Source of the DNA: an uncultured virus (IMG/VR IMGVR_UViG_2049941000_000247)
Lineage: Duplodnaviria > Heunggongvirae > Uroviricota > Caudoviricetes
Virus record (IMG/VR): IMGVR_UViG_2049941000_000247
Length of the DNA: 17,424 nt
Strand: one strand, 5' to 3'
Shown here piece by piece: positions 1 through 7,522 of this stretch (the first letter of the stretch is position 1; each line of letters starts with the position of its first letter). Both the position numbers and the translations under genes were made by a program. The notes below the pieces were generated by a model that saw only the letters and a program-made list of their open reading frames with translations, did no database searches and was not told the DNA's origin.

Positions 1-458
1 AGGACTTCATCATGTCGCCTCATCTTGGCGGCTGGCCTGTAAAATACGAAGACCTGAAACTGCCTGTGCGTGCTACGAAGGGAAGCGCAGGATATGATTT
101 CTTCTCCCCGGCGCGTATCTTCCTGAAACCTGGTGATACGGTGAAGATCCCCACCGGTGTCAAGTGCAGATTAGACGACCATCGCTTCCTGATGATCGTA
201 CCGCGCAGCAGCCTGGGATTCAAATACCGTATGCAGCTTGACAACTCGGTAGGTATCATCGATTGTGACTACATTGACAATCCTTCCAACGAAGGACACA
301 TCTTCATCAAGATCACAAACGACGGCCTTGAAGGCAAGCTGCTCGATATCAAACCCGGCGACGCGTTTGCACAGGGTATCATCCTGAACTTCGATGTCAC
401 GATCGACAATGAGGTGACGGCCGAACGTACCGGAGGTATCGGCAGCACGTCGGTATAA
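1..458 (+). CDS. dut: Trimeric dUTPase, main body (5' end lies elsewhere, see 730-766)
   Basis: dUTPase motifs SAGYDF, PRSSLG, GIIDCDY, FAQGI and RTGGIGST. The frame is open upstream of ATG 12 (DFIM...). Confidence 0.95.
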   Translation, partial: DFIMSPHLGGWPVKYEDLKLPVRATKGSAGYDFFSPARIFLKPGDTVKIPTGVKCRLDDHRFLMIVPRSSLGFKYRMQLDNSVGIIDCDYIDNPSNEGHIFIKITNDGLEGKLLDIKPGDAFAQGIILNFDVTIDNEVTAERTGGIGSTSV

Positions 459-502
459 AAGCATGACATTCATCGGATAATAAGAAAAAANNNNNNNNNN
501 AG

Positions 503-712
503 AAGGAAGGCGCAACGCTGATCCTGTGGACGATGAGAGAGGGCGCTCTGCTGAACCGCGCCGTTGAATGGTGCGCGATGCACGGCCTGGATTTTGACGC
601 AGTCAACGACAACCTTGATGTGCTGAAAGAGGCATACGGCAATAACCCTAGAAAAGTGTTTGCGGACATCTATATCGACGACCACAACGCCGGTACTGCG
701 AGCGTGTGGTGA
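503..712 (+). CDS. C-terminal half of a small HAD-superfamily hydrolase (BT0820-like phage family), partial
   Basis: Manual translation, absent from the ORF track: KEGATLILWTMREGALLNRAVEWCAMHGLDFDAVNDN...NPRKVFADIYIDDHN...*. It has HAD motif II (LWT), motif III Lys and motif IV (YIDD). Confidence 0.85.
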   Translation, partial: KEGATLILWTMREGALLNRAVEWCAMHGLDFDAVNDNLDVLKEAYGNNPRKVFADIYIDDHNAGTASVW

Positions 713-729
713 TGTAACGGAGGTACAAA

Positions 730-766
730 TTGAACAAATTTGAAAAGGTATCCGAAAAGGAATGGA
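730..766 (+). CDS. dut: N-terminal fragment of the dUTPase (MNKFEKVSEKEW)
   Basis: GGAGGT RBS just upstream of TTG 730. KFEKVS is the usual N-terminus of clostridial-type dUTPases. The fragment is cut by an N gap. Confidence 0.75.
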
Positions 767-1355
767 NNNNNNNNNNNNNNNNNNNNNNNNNNNNNNNNNN
801 NNNNNNNNNNNNNNNNNNNNNNNNNNNNNNNNNNNNNNNNNNNNNNNNNNNNNNNNNNNNNNNNNNNNNNNNNNNNNNNNNNNNNNNNNNNNNNNNNNNN
901 NNNNNNNNNNNNNNNNNNNNNNNNNNNNNNNNNNNNNNNNNNNNNNNNNNNNNNNNNNNNNNNNNNNNNNNNNNNNNNNNNNNNNNNNNNNNNNNNNNNN
1001 NNNNNNNNNNNNNNNNNNNNNNNNNNNNNNNNNNNNNNNNNNNNNNNNNNNNNNNNNNNNNNNNNNNNNNNNNNNNNNNNNNNNNNNNNNNNNNNNNNNN
1101 NNNNNNNNNNNNNNNNNNNNNNNNNNNNNNNNNNNNNNNNNNNNNNNNNNNNNNNNNNNNNNNNNNNNNNNNNNNNNNNNNNNNNNNNNNNNNNNNNNNN
1201 NNNNNNNNNNNNNNNNNNNNNNNNNNNNNNNNNNNNNNNNNNNNNNNNNNNNNNNNNNNNNNNNNNNNNTTCCATATTGCATTTGCGATAACACCGCAAA
1301 TGATACCGATTATGATATCTCTTAACGGCGGGCTCTTGTTTGTAATTCATCGGAG

Positions 1356-1475
1356 GTGACATACATAGAACGCAGTCTGATTTACGCCATTGATTTCGAC
1401 GGCACGCTGTGCCGCAATAAATGGCCGGATATCGGCGAACCGAATACGGAACTTATAGAGTATGATGACGGTCGA
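1356..1475 (+). CDS. N-terminal half of the HAD-superfamily hydrolase, partial
   Basis: YAIDFDGTLCRNKWPDIGEPN contains HAD motif I (DxDGT). GGAGGTG RBS at 1352-1358. Confidence 0.85.
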
Positions 1476-1486
1476 NNNNNNNNNNA

Positions 1487-2200
1487 AGCATCTTCTCGGG
1501 CGTGGCGGTATGCGCACAGTGCGGACACTCCCTGTGTTCTGCCGGGACTGTATATAAGGGCGAGCGGGAGAAGTACTGGTACCTGTCATGCACGCACCAC
1601 AGGAAGGACATAGCAAACCCGTGTGACGGTGTAAGGGTGCGGTACGCAGACCTTGTCGAAGTGATCAAACAGGATCTGAACGCCATGCTTGCGCTGACGG
1701 ATGAACAGATACGGTCGATGGCAGAGCAGCTCATAAGAGATACGGAAAGCGAAGAAGCGAAAGCGGCAAAAGCGCTCAGGATAGAGAAGTCTACCGCCAG
1801 GTTGAAGACGATCGACAAGATGATCATAAAGCTGTACACCGACAATGCGGAGGGGAAGCTGGACGATGAACACCTGTTCGGAATGGTTTCTGAACTGCAG
1901 CGCGAATCGGTTGGCCTGAAAACGCTGATCGAGGAGCTGTCTTCCAGAGATGATGCTGAGGAGACGGCGCAGAATTTTGAACGATTTTGTTCTCTGATCC
2001 GTCAACATTCTCAGATCACCGACCTCGATCACGAAACGCTCGTCACGTTTATCGACCGAATAGAGGTCGGCCCAAAGATATTTCCAGACGGGCGCGTGAA
2101 GGCAANNNNNNNNNNGCCGTTCAAACAGAGCATTCGTATTTTCTACAAGTTCATTGGCGACGCTTCTTCGACCGACCTCAAGCTGGATTTTCCAGCCTAG
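1487..2200 (+). CDS. Large serine recombinase/integrase, C-terminal half (Zn ribbon, coiled coil, DUF4368-like tail); catalytic N-terminus lost at the gap
   Basis: SIFSGVAVCAQCG...YLSC...C zinc ribbon; KLYTDNAEGKLDDE coiled-coil motif; LVTFIDRIEVG...QSIRIFYKFIG C-terminus typical of TndX/TnpX-like recombinases. Confidence 0.9.
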   Translation, partial: SIFSGVAVCAQCGHSLCSAGTVYKGEREKYWYLSCTHHRKDIANPCDGVRVRYADLVEVIKQDLNAMLALTDEQIRSMAEQLIRDTESEEAKAAKALRIEKSTARLKTIDKMIIKLYTDNAEGKLDDEHLFGMVSELQRESVGLKTLIEELSSRDDAEETAQNFERFCSLIRQHSQITDLDHETLVTFIDRIEVGPKIFPDGRVKAXXXXPFKQSIRIFYKFIGDASSTDLKLDFPA

Positions 2201-2267
2201 CTAGATGTAGAAAAACGCCAACCACCCTGCGTCCTCCATCAAAAATGCCCCAAAACCATACATTTTT

Positions 2268-2311
2268 GATGTAGAAGGTACACCAAGGGACCTTGATGTA
2301 TCTACACCATC
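2268..2311. other. Candidate attP recombination site
   Basis: Imperfect inverted repeat (16/21 matches, inner 9/10: TACACCAAGG-GA-CCTTGATGTA) around a central GA at 2289-2290, about 70 bp downstream of the integrase stop. Confidence 0.6.
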
Positions 2312-2420
2312 TTAACACAAGCAAAAAACTGTGAGAATAGTGCAACCGACCCGCTCAAAATTAGATATTTTGCGCTAATGTGTATTTTCGTAGCGCTACT
2401 ACGACGACAGACATCAGCGT

Positions 2421-2464
2421 AAAAAAAAGAGACCAGTACCACCGTAGTAGTACCGGCCTCTTTT
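2421..2464 (-). terminator. Rho-independent terminator of the late operon (possibly bidirectional)
   Basis: The - strand reads GAGGCCGGTACTAC-TACG-GTGGTACTGGTCTC then T8: a 14-bp stem with G-U pairs and a cUACGg loop, between convergent genes. Confidence 0.88.
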
Positions 2465-2529
2465 CAGAATCTAATTAGTATAGTGCCTGTGGAACCTATC
2501 TTCCGTGATTCAAAACCTCGCAACTGTTA

Positions 2530-2982
2530 TCAAGATTGATAGGTAGGATAATCACTTGGTGTTTCTGCCCAATATGAGTCTTCCTGTGTGTTTGCTACTA
2601 CATACGCAGGAGTGCCATCAGGCCCCCCGTGTTCATCGTAATATGCCTCGTCGACAAGGAACATCTGAACATACGGTTCTTCCTCAGTTCCTTGATCGAA
2701 TACCATGACTACAACTCCATTATAAATTCCATCATATATCTCCTGCCACGTTTTATCGAGGGTTGTTACCCCTGTTTCATCGTCATAGGTAGCGGTTACG
2801 ACAATGACTCCACCGCCGCCACCGCCGCCACCCTCCTCGATTGCATCGATTCGATCGGCGATATCCAGCATAAGCCTTTCCTCTTCGTTAATCGCGACAG
2901 GCGGCGTCAGAGTAGAAACGTCAACATCTTTACCGGCAATCTTCGCAAGGAACACCTGCAACCTGGAAACAATGCCATTCAT
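2530..2982 (-). CDS. Hypothetical phage protein, paralogue A (conserved N-terminal module, poly-Gly linker, acidic C-terminal domain)
   Basis: 150-aa ORF with GGGGTGA RBS. Its N-terminus is shared with 3843-4406. Confidence 0.85.
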   Translation of the reverse strand: MNGIVSRLQVFLAKIAGKDVDVSTLTPPVAINEEERLMLDIADRIDAIEEGGGGGGGGVIVVTATYDDETGVTTLDKTWQEIYDGIYNGVVVMVFDQGTEEEPYVQMFLVDEAYYDEHGGPDGTPAYVVANTQEDSYWAETPSDYPTYQS

Positions 2983-2994
2983 ATAATCACCCCA

Positions 2995-3432
2995 TTACAG
3001 AAAACTGTTTTCCCTGCGACACTGGTCATACACATCCAGAATATGCTGTGTAGTCTTCACGGTAACGTGATTCATAAAATCAGGATGTTCGTCGCAGTAC
3101 TTTGTGTACTCAGTGATGCATCCAAGTATCTCATCGAAATGCTCCTGAGTATGTTTTGTCCCGTGCAGGATCTCATCGCCAAAGCGGAGAATCCTCGCAC
3201 GGGAATTTCTTGCGCTTTGTTCGGCCATATCCGACCTCATTGTTTCGAGATCCTTTTCGAGCTGATCTACCTTTTCGATTACTTCGCCGTTGATAGCTTT
3301 GCCAATGCGCTTGGCGAGCCACGACCACGGGTTCACCTTAATAGGCGCGATCTGAATGATCGTAGATACACCGATAAGTGCAACGAGCACCCTTACGATA
3401 ATTTCTGTTATATTCAGTACCGGCTCACTCAT
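2995..3432 (-). CDS. Holin-like/membrane-anchored lysis-module protein
   Basis: Likely start MSEPVL at 3432, overlapping the upstream gene end. N-terminal TM helix, IQIAPIKVNPWSW motif and coiled coil. This family is common next to Clostridia phage endolysins. Confidence 0.7.
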   Translation of the reverse strand: MSEPVLNITEIIVRVLVALIGVSTIIQIAPIKVNPWSWLAKRIGKAINGEVIEKVDQLEKDLETMRSDMAEQSARNSRARILRFGDEILHGTKHTQEHFDEILGCITEYTKYCDEHPDFMNHVTVKTTQHILDVYDQCRRENSFL

Positions 3433-3784
3433 GTGCGTCACCATGTTCAACCACAGAGGCGATCGCACTGTTGCTTGCGATCAGAGAGCGCATCAGTTCA
3501 AGTGCGTCGTCAACATAGGCGCTGAACAAGGTGAACGGGATAACACGCGCAAGCCACGGAAGCTGCTCGCAGAACTTATCGTAAACAAATGAAAGTTTAA
3601 GTTTGCCTGTCTTAGATCCGAACTCACGTTCGGCAAGAAGCACTGCCTGTAGAAGCCATCCCTGAATCCGCTCATAACGCTCAGCCTTTGTAAGCCTCGA
3701 AAAGCGAATAATAAATGCGGCGATTCCACCGGCAAGTATGATAGCGACAACGATATAATACCAGTTGTCAACAAGCCAGTTCAT
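3425..3784 (-). CDS. Putative holin (LL-H-like)
   Basis: Single N-terminal TM segment, then WLLQAVLLAEREFGSKTGKLKL, resembling the LL-H holin AV..AE...G..K motif. GGAGGTG RBS. Confidence 0.75.
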   Translation of the reverse strand: MNWLVDNWYYIVVAIILAGGIAAFIIRFSRLTKAERYERIQGWLLQAVLLAEREFGSKTGKLKLSFVYDKFCEQLPWLARVIPFTLFSAYVDDALELMRSLIASNSAIASVVEHGDAHE

Positions 3785-3842
3785 TTGCTACACCTCCATA
3801 TTTATTTACCACCATCGGGCTGTTGCTCATGCTGTTGCCTCC

Positions 3843-4406
3843 TTATGCGTCCGGCGTGAATGAATACACCGCGAATGAACCGGTAATGCCAGATGCCGTT
3901 ATCGAAATTTTGTTTGCTAAATATGCGTTTGGAGTTTCATGATACGGCTCCCAAAAGTAGAAATTCACCTGATGGATTTCGCTAGAACCCATAATTGCAT
4001 CACAATACATTGACGNNNNNNNNNNNNNNNNNNNNNNNNNNNNNNNNNNNNNNNNNNNNNNNNNNNNNNNNNNNNNNNNNNNNNNNNNNNNNNNNNNNNN
4101 NNNNNNNNNNNNNNNNNNNNNNNNNNNNNNNNNNNNNNNNNNNNNNNNNNNNNNNNNNNNNNNNNNNNNNNNNNNNNNNNNNNNNNNNNNNNNNNNNNNN
4201 NNNNNNNNNNNNNNNNNNNNNNNNNNNNNNNNNNNNNNGCCGGAGCCGCCGCCGCCTTCCTCAATCGTGTCGATCCTGTCTGCAATGTCAAGCATCAGCT
4301 TCTCTTCCTCGCTGATGGCGACAGGCGGCGTCAAAGTAGAAACGTCGACGTCCTTACCGGCAATCTTTGCCAGAAATACCTGAAGCCTAGACGTAATACC
4401 CTTCAT
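3843..4406 (-). CDS. Hypothetical phage protein, paralogue B (same N-terminal module, different C-terminus; spans an N gap)
   Basis: ATG 4406 with GGAGGGTG RBS; MKGITSRLQVFLAKIAGKDVDV...EEGGGGSG. The link across gap 4016-4238 is unverified. Confidence 0.75.
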   Translation of the reverse strand: MKGITSRLQVFLAKIAGKDVDVSTLTPPVAISEEEKLMLDIADRIDTIEEGGGGSGXXXXXXXXXXXXXXXXXXXXXXXXXXXXXXXXXXXXXXXXXXXXXXXXXXXXXXXXXXXXXXXXXXXXXXXXXXXSMYCDAIMGSSEIHQVNFYFWEPYHETPNAYLANKISITASGITGSFAVYSFTPDA

Positions 4407-4423
4407 TAGTATCACCCTCCCCG

Positions 4424-4765
4424 TTAAATTTCAGGACTATTCCAGTCCTCTTCATCACATGGCTCAACGAAATCATTTGCCTGCGCTGCGGCAAACGTAA
4501 TGCCTGTGCCATCAGCGCCGCGATGATCAGATTTAGCCATGTTCAGGTAAAATGCGCACACCGTTCCATGCGCAGACCACGGGAGACCGACCATCGCGGT
4601 GATCCACGGGATCGACCCCATGTAGCCCTTGTAAATACAGTAAAAAGCCAGAATGATCCCGCCAATCGTAACAGCCCACAGTAAAGACCGGATGTCTGTG
4701 ATCAGCTTCTTCGAATAGTCGATCTTCTTCTCCCGCTTCTCTTTCTTACAAAACAGTTTCATCAT
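4424..4765 (-). CDS. Two-TM membrane protein, holin-like
   Basis: Basic N-terminus, two hydrophobic segments and an acidic tail. The start overlaps the endolysin stop (ATGA). Confidence 0.7.
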   Translation of the reverse strand: MMKLFCKKEKREKKIDYSKKLITDIRSLLWAVTIGGIILAFYCIYKGYMGSIPWITAMVGLPWSAHGTVCAFYLNMAKSDHRGADGTGITFAAAQANDFVEPCDEEDWNSPEI

Positions 4766-6467
4766 TTCACGAACTTGTCATAGAAGCGATGAAATACAGC
4801 CGCCGCCTGCTGACGATTGAAGAAATCGTCCCACGCATAGTTAGTCTGCCCATCAGGGAGATTACCGCTGCCGANNNNNNNNNNNNNNNNNNNNNNNNNN
4901 NNNNNNNNNNNNNNNNNNNNNNNNNNNNNNNNNNNNNNNNNNGATCTCCAGCAGACCATTCACCTGCGTCATTATCCTGCAGGCTCTTCCTGTATTCCTT
5001 CATCGCCGTCATAAACATCTCGTTGAACTTCTCCTGGGTCATATCCTCATCATCCTCCTCTGCTTCGATAATCGTGATCTGATCCCATGTCACGGAAGAA
5101 CTCACGACCATAGCGATATATTTCGCGTCAGCACCGGTAGTGAACACAGGAGTGCCGCCGCCAAACGCCTTATAGTCGTTAACGAACCCGCCGTATGCGG
5201 GCACTTCTTTTGTCCATCCGGCGCCGACTCCTTTAGCGCATTTTACCGTGTACTGTGTGTTCGCCTTGCAATTCTTGTAGAACACCTTATACCCGTTATA
5301 CCGGTCAATGTTGCCCAGATATATCGTGGCGTTATCCAGCACCCAATGATCGGGTTCGGGCGCAGGCTCAGGCTCCGGTTCAGGCGTGGGTTCAGGTTCG
5401 GGTTCGGGTTCGACCTTCTTCTGCGCGGTATACTTCTTCCATGTCTCTTCCGTCCCGTTGAAATAATCGACGTCGAGCTTGCCGTTGCTGTCGCTGTACT
5501 GCCAGATAGCCCAGAAAGGCCACGGCTTGTACGATGGAGAGGAAACACCCCAATGCGCGACCCATAGTCCATAATCACTATCAAGCACTTCCTGATAGTC
5601 CTTCACAGCACTGCCTTGCAGATAAATAAGCGGGCGTACTCCGGTAAGATCATACACAGTATCTAGCCACTGTCTCGCCCATTTCGGGCCGACATTCAAC
5701 GCTTTGCCTTCATAGTCCAGCGCAAGGATGCACTGTCCTAAATACGGTCTTACGATCGAAACGAAGAACTTCGCTTCCTTTTCAGCCGCGTTGATTTCAG
5801 GGTGTGCATAGTGATAGAATCCGAACAGCTTACCTGCGGCTCTTACCTTCTTGACATGCGACGCACATTCGCTGTCTGCGCTCAACCCGTAGGACGACCG
5901 AATGATCGCGAAGTCATAATTGCCATACAGTATGCTTCCGGCGCTCTGCCATTCGGAAACGTCACATCCGTTTAGTACTGTCTTTGCGGCTGTGCCGTAT
6001 TCCGGCCGATAAGCGCCTACGATCTGACTCCTGTATCTGGTACGGCGCATGACGGCGCCGCCGTTGTCGTCATTCGTCAGACTGGTGTTGCCCTCGATCG
6101 TCGTATACGACCCATCGCTGTTTGCCGTCTCAACGATGCCGACGTGGTCGTACCCGCTTGAAGAAAACCGGAAGATCACAACGTCCCCCGGCTTGTAACC
6201 AGATGTATACCATCTGCCCGTCTTTGATGCCCATCTGTAATAGGTCGGACAGCTTGCCGTCTTCGCGCCGTCAAAGAACAGGGAAGAGGCGCCAGCGTGT
6301 TTGAACACCCACCAAACAAAAACCATACACCACGGATAGGCATCGTCGCCGTAGACCTGCCTGCCGTAATATTCCGTGTTGTACTTCACGTTATTTGATC
6401 CGGGAGGATATTCCGTAACACCGATCTCGCCGCGCGCTACCGCAAGAACATCATTTGCTGTAGCCAT
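4762..6467 (-). CDS. Modular endolysin: CHAP domain, GH25 muramidase, PE linker, beta module and SLH-like C-terminus
   Basis: CHAP: YPWCMVFV...HVGIV...TIEGNT. GH25: GCDVSEWQ...GFYHYA...LALDYE...WQYS...LDVD. The true C-terminus is the frame ending at 4762 (FFNRQQAAAVFHRF, SLH-like); the frame offset comes from the N gap. Confidence 0.92.
5347..5412 (-). repeat. Pro/Glu linker repeat (EPEPEPEPTPEPEPEPAPEPD) in the endolysin
   Basis: Degenerate 6-bp repeats of the GGTTCG/GGTTCA/GGCTCA type. Confidence 0.85.
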
Positions 6468-6494
6468 CGGACATCACCTCCAATTATAGTAATA

Positions 6495-6514
6495 GGCCGC
6501 CCGTGTGGGCGGCC
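6495..6514 (-). promoter_or_regulatory. GC-rich intergenic hairpin upstream of the endolysin RBS
   Basis: Perfect 8-bp stem GGCCGCCC-N4-GGGCGGCC with no U-tract. Confidence 0.55.
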
Positions 6515-6521
6515 ATCTGTG

Positions 6522-6878
6522 TTAATGTACCTCAGGCGCCAGAATAAATACGCCCTCTGATATAAACGTATCCACATATCCGGAAGCGTATGTGAGTTCA
6601 ATATCATAGGTATAGTTGCCAAACGGCAAACCCTTTGTATCTTCCGGATCAAGTTCAAGGAGCAACGTATCCGTAGGTATGTCCTTAACGATCAGCGGCT
6701 CTCTGTCTTTAAATTCTTTGTTCCCGACGGTCATAGCGGAACTCTTCAGGGCGAATCGTACGCTGTCGCCTACTTCAGGCTCAAACGGCGTACCGTCGCA
6801 GTATGTTATTGTGACCCCGACGCTGAGAGAGTCGCCGCGAGTCATCCGGATTGCCGTCCCATTGATAACAACAGACAA
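6522..6878 (-). CDS. BppU N-terminal-like baseplate/fibre adaptor protein
   Basis: I.MTRGDS...L.PEDTK.L.FG.Y.YDIEL pattern, TTG start, tail-module context. Confidence 0.7.
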   Translation of the reverse strand: MSVVINGTAIRMTRGDSLSVGVTITYCDGTPFEPEVGDSVRFALKSSAMTVGNKEFKDREPLIVKDIPTDTLLLELDPEDTKGLPFGNYTYDIELTYASGYVDTFISEGVFILAPEVH

Positions 6879-6903
6879 TCAACGCACCCCCATTCGATAT
6901 TTT

Positions 6904-7293
6904 TTACTCGGCCTCATGCCACCCATATACGCCGGGTTCCCACACATTTGCGTCCACATCGCTGATCCAGTGCTTACTGTTGTGTGATACTTTATCCCCG
7001 GTATTGTATGCGTCCTGTGCCCCGGTAGGCTGCACCCACTCAGGCCATTCTTCTACGCTGACACGCACCCAGAGAGCCGGAGTTACGTCCGGCGTCCAGT
7101 CATCCTGCGACCTGTGAGCCTGCACGCACTTATAGAGTAAACCATCATATGTTCTCCTGTCGCCAACGATGTAATCTGTATCAGCCTCCCACGGCAGATA
7201 CAGGTCGGATACCTCAAGCGCGGTAGCGTCATCGAGCGTTTCAATTACCCGATTCATATGATGGCGGTACCGTAAAGCCTCACTCCGTCTCAT
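6904..7293 (-). CDS. Carbohydrate-binding (CBM5/12, ChiC-like) tail-associated protein
   Basis: Two Trp-rich modules: W....Y.VGDRRTYDGLLYKCVQAH.SQ.DW.P...PALW and EWVQPTGAQDAY..GDKV......W...W.PG..GW. Confidence 0.82.
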   Translation of the reverse strand: MRRSEALRYRHHMNRVIETLDDATALEVSDLYLPWEADTDYIVGDRRTYDGLLYKCVQAHRSQDDWTPDVTPALWVRVSVEEWPEWVQPTGAQDAYNTGDKVSHNSKHWISDVDANVWEPGVYGWHEAE

Positions 7294-7513
7294 TCGGCGT
7301 CACCCCCGTAATAATGCGCAGCGCCTCGCTGTCGCTGATCTCGTCTTCCTCAATAGGTTCGTTTGTCTCTTCGTAAGTATATCGACAGGGAACGTAATCA
7401 ACGGCATCTTCATAGATATTGCCGGTTTCGACCTGTCTGATCTTCATATAGTTATCGCTGTAATGACGAACTCTGGCGCCATCTTCAACAAACTCTTCGA
7501 TAATCATTCGCAT
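7280..7513 (-). CDS. Small acidic hypothetical protein (possible fibre chaperone)
   Basis: ORF with GGAGTG RBS directly after the LRR gene; HYSD..KIRQVETG..Y.DAVD...YTYEET pattern. Confidence 0.7.
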   Translation of the reverse strand: MRMIIEEFVEDGARVRHYSDNYMKIRQVETGNIYEDAVDYVPCRYTYEETNEPIEEDEISDSEALRIITGVTPNETE

Positions 7514-7522
7514 CACTCCTTT

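Noticed and set aside
468..1354. 10-bp repeat ATTCATCGGA at 468-477 and 1345-1354
   Set aside because: It is short, lies in a scrambled region and has no consistent context, so it is compatible with chance.
470..1362. Long ORFs made mostly of X
   Set aside because: These are artefacts of translating through N runs.
2629..3525. 298-aa + strand ORF and other antisense ORFs over the late operon
   Set aside because: They overlap well-supported - strand genes and have no RBS or recognisable motifs.
2530..4406. Shufflon or invertible cassette driven by the neighbouring recombinase
   Set aside because: The paralogues are in the same orientation, each has its own RBS and start, and the shared region is synonymously diverged with no identical crossover sites. 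The recombinase is integrase-type.
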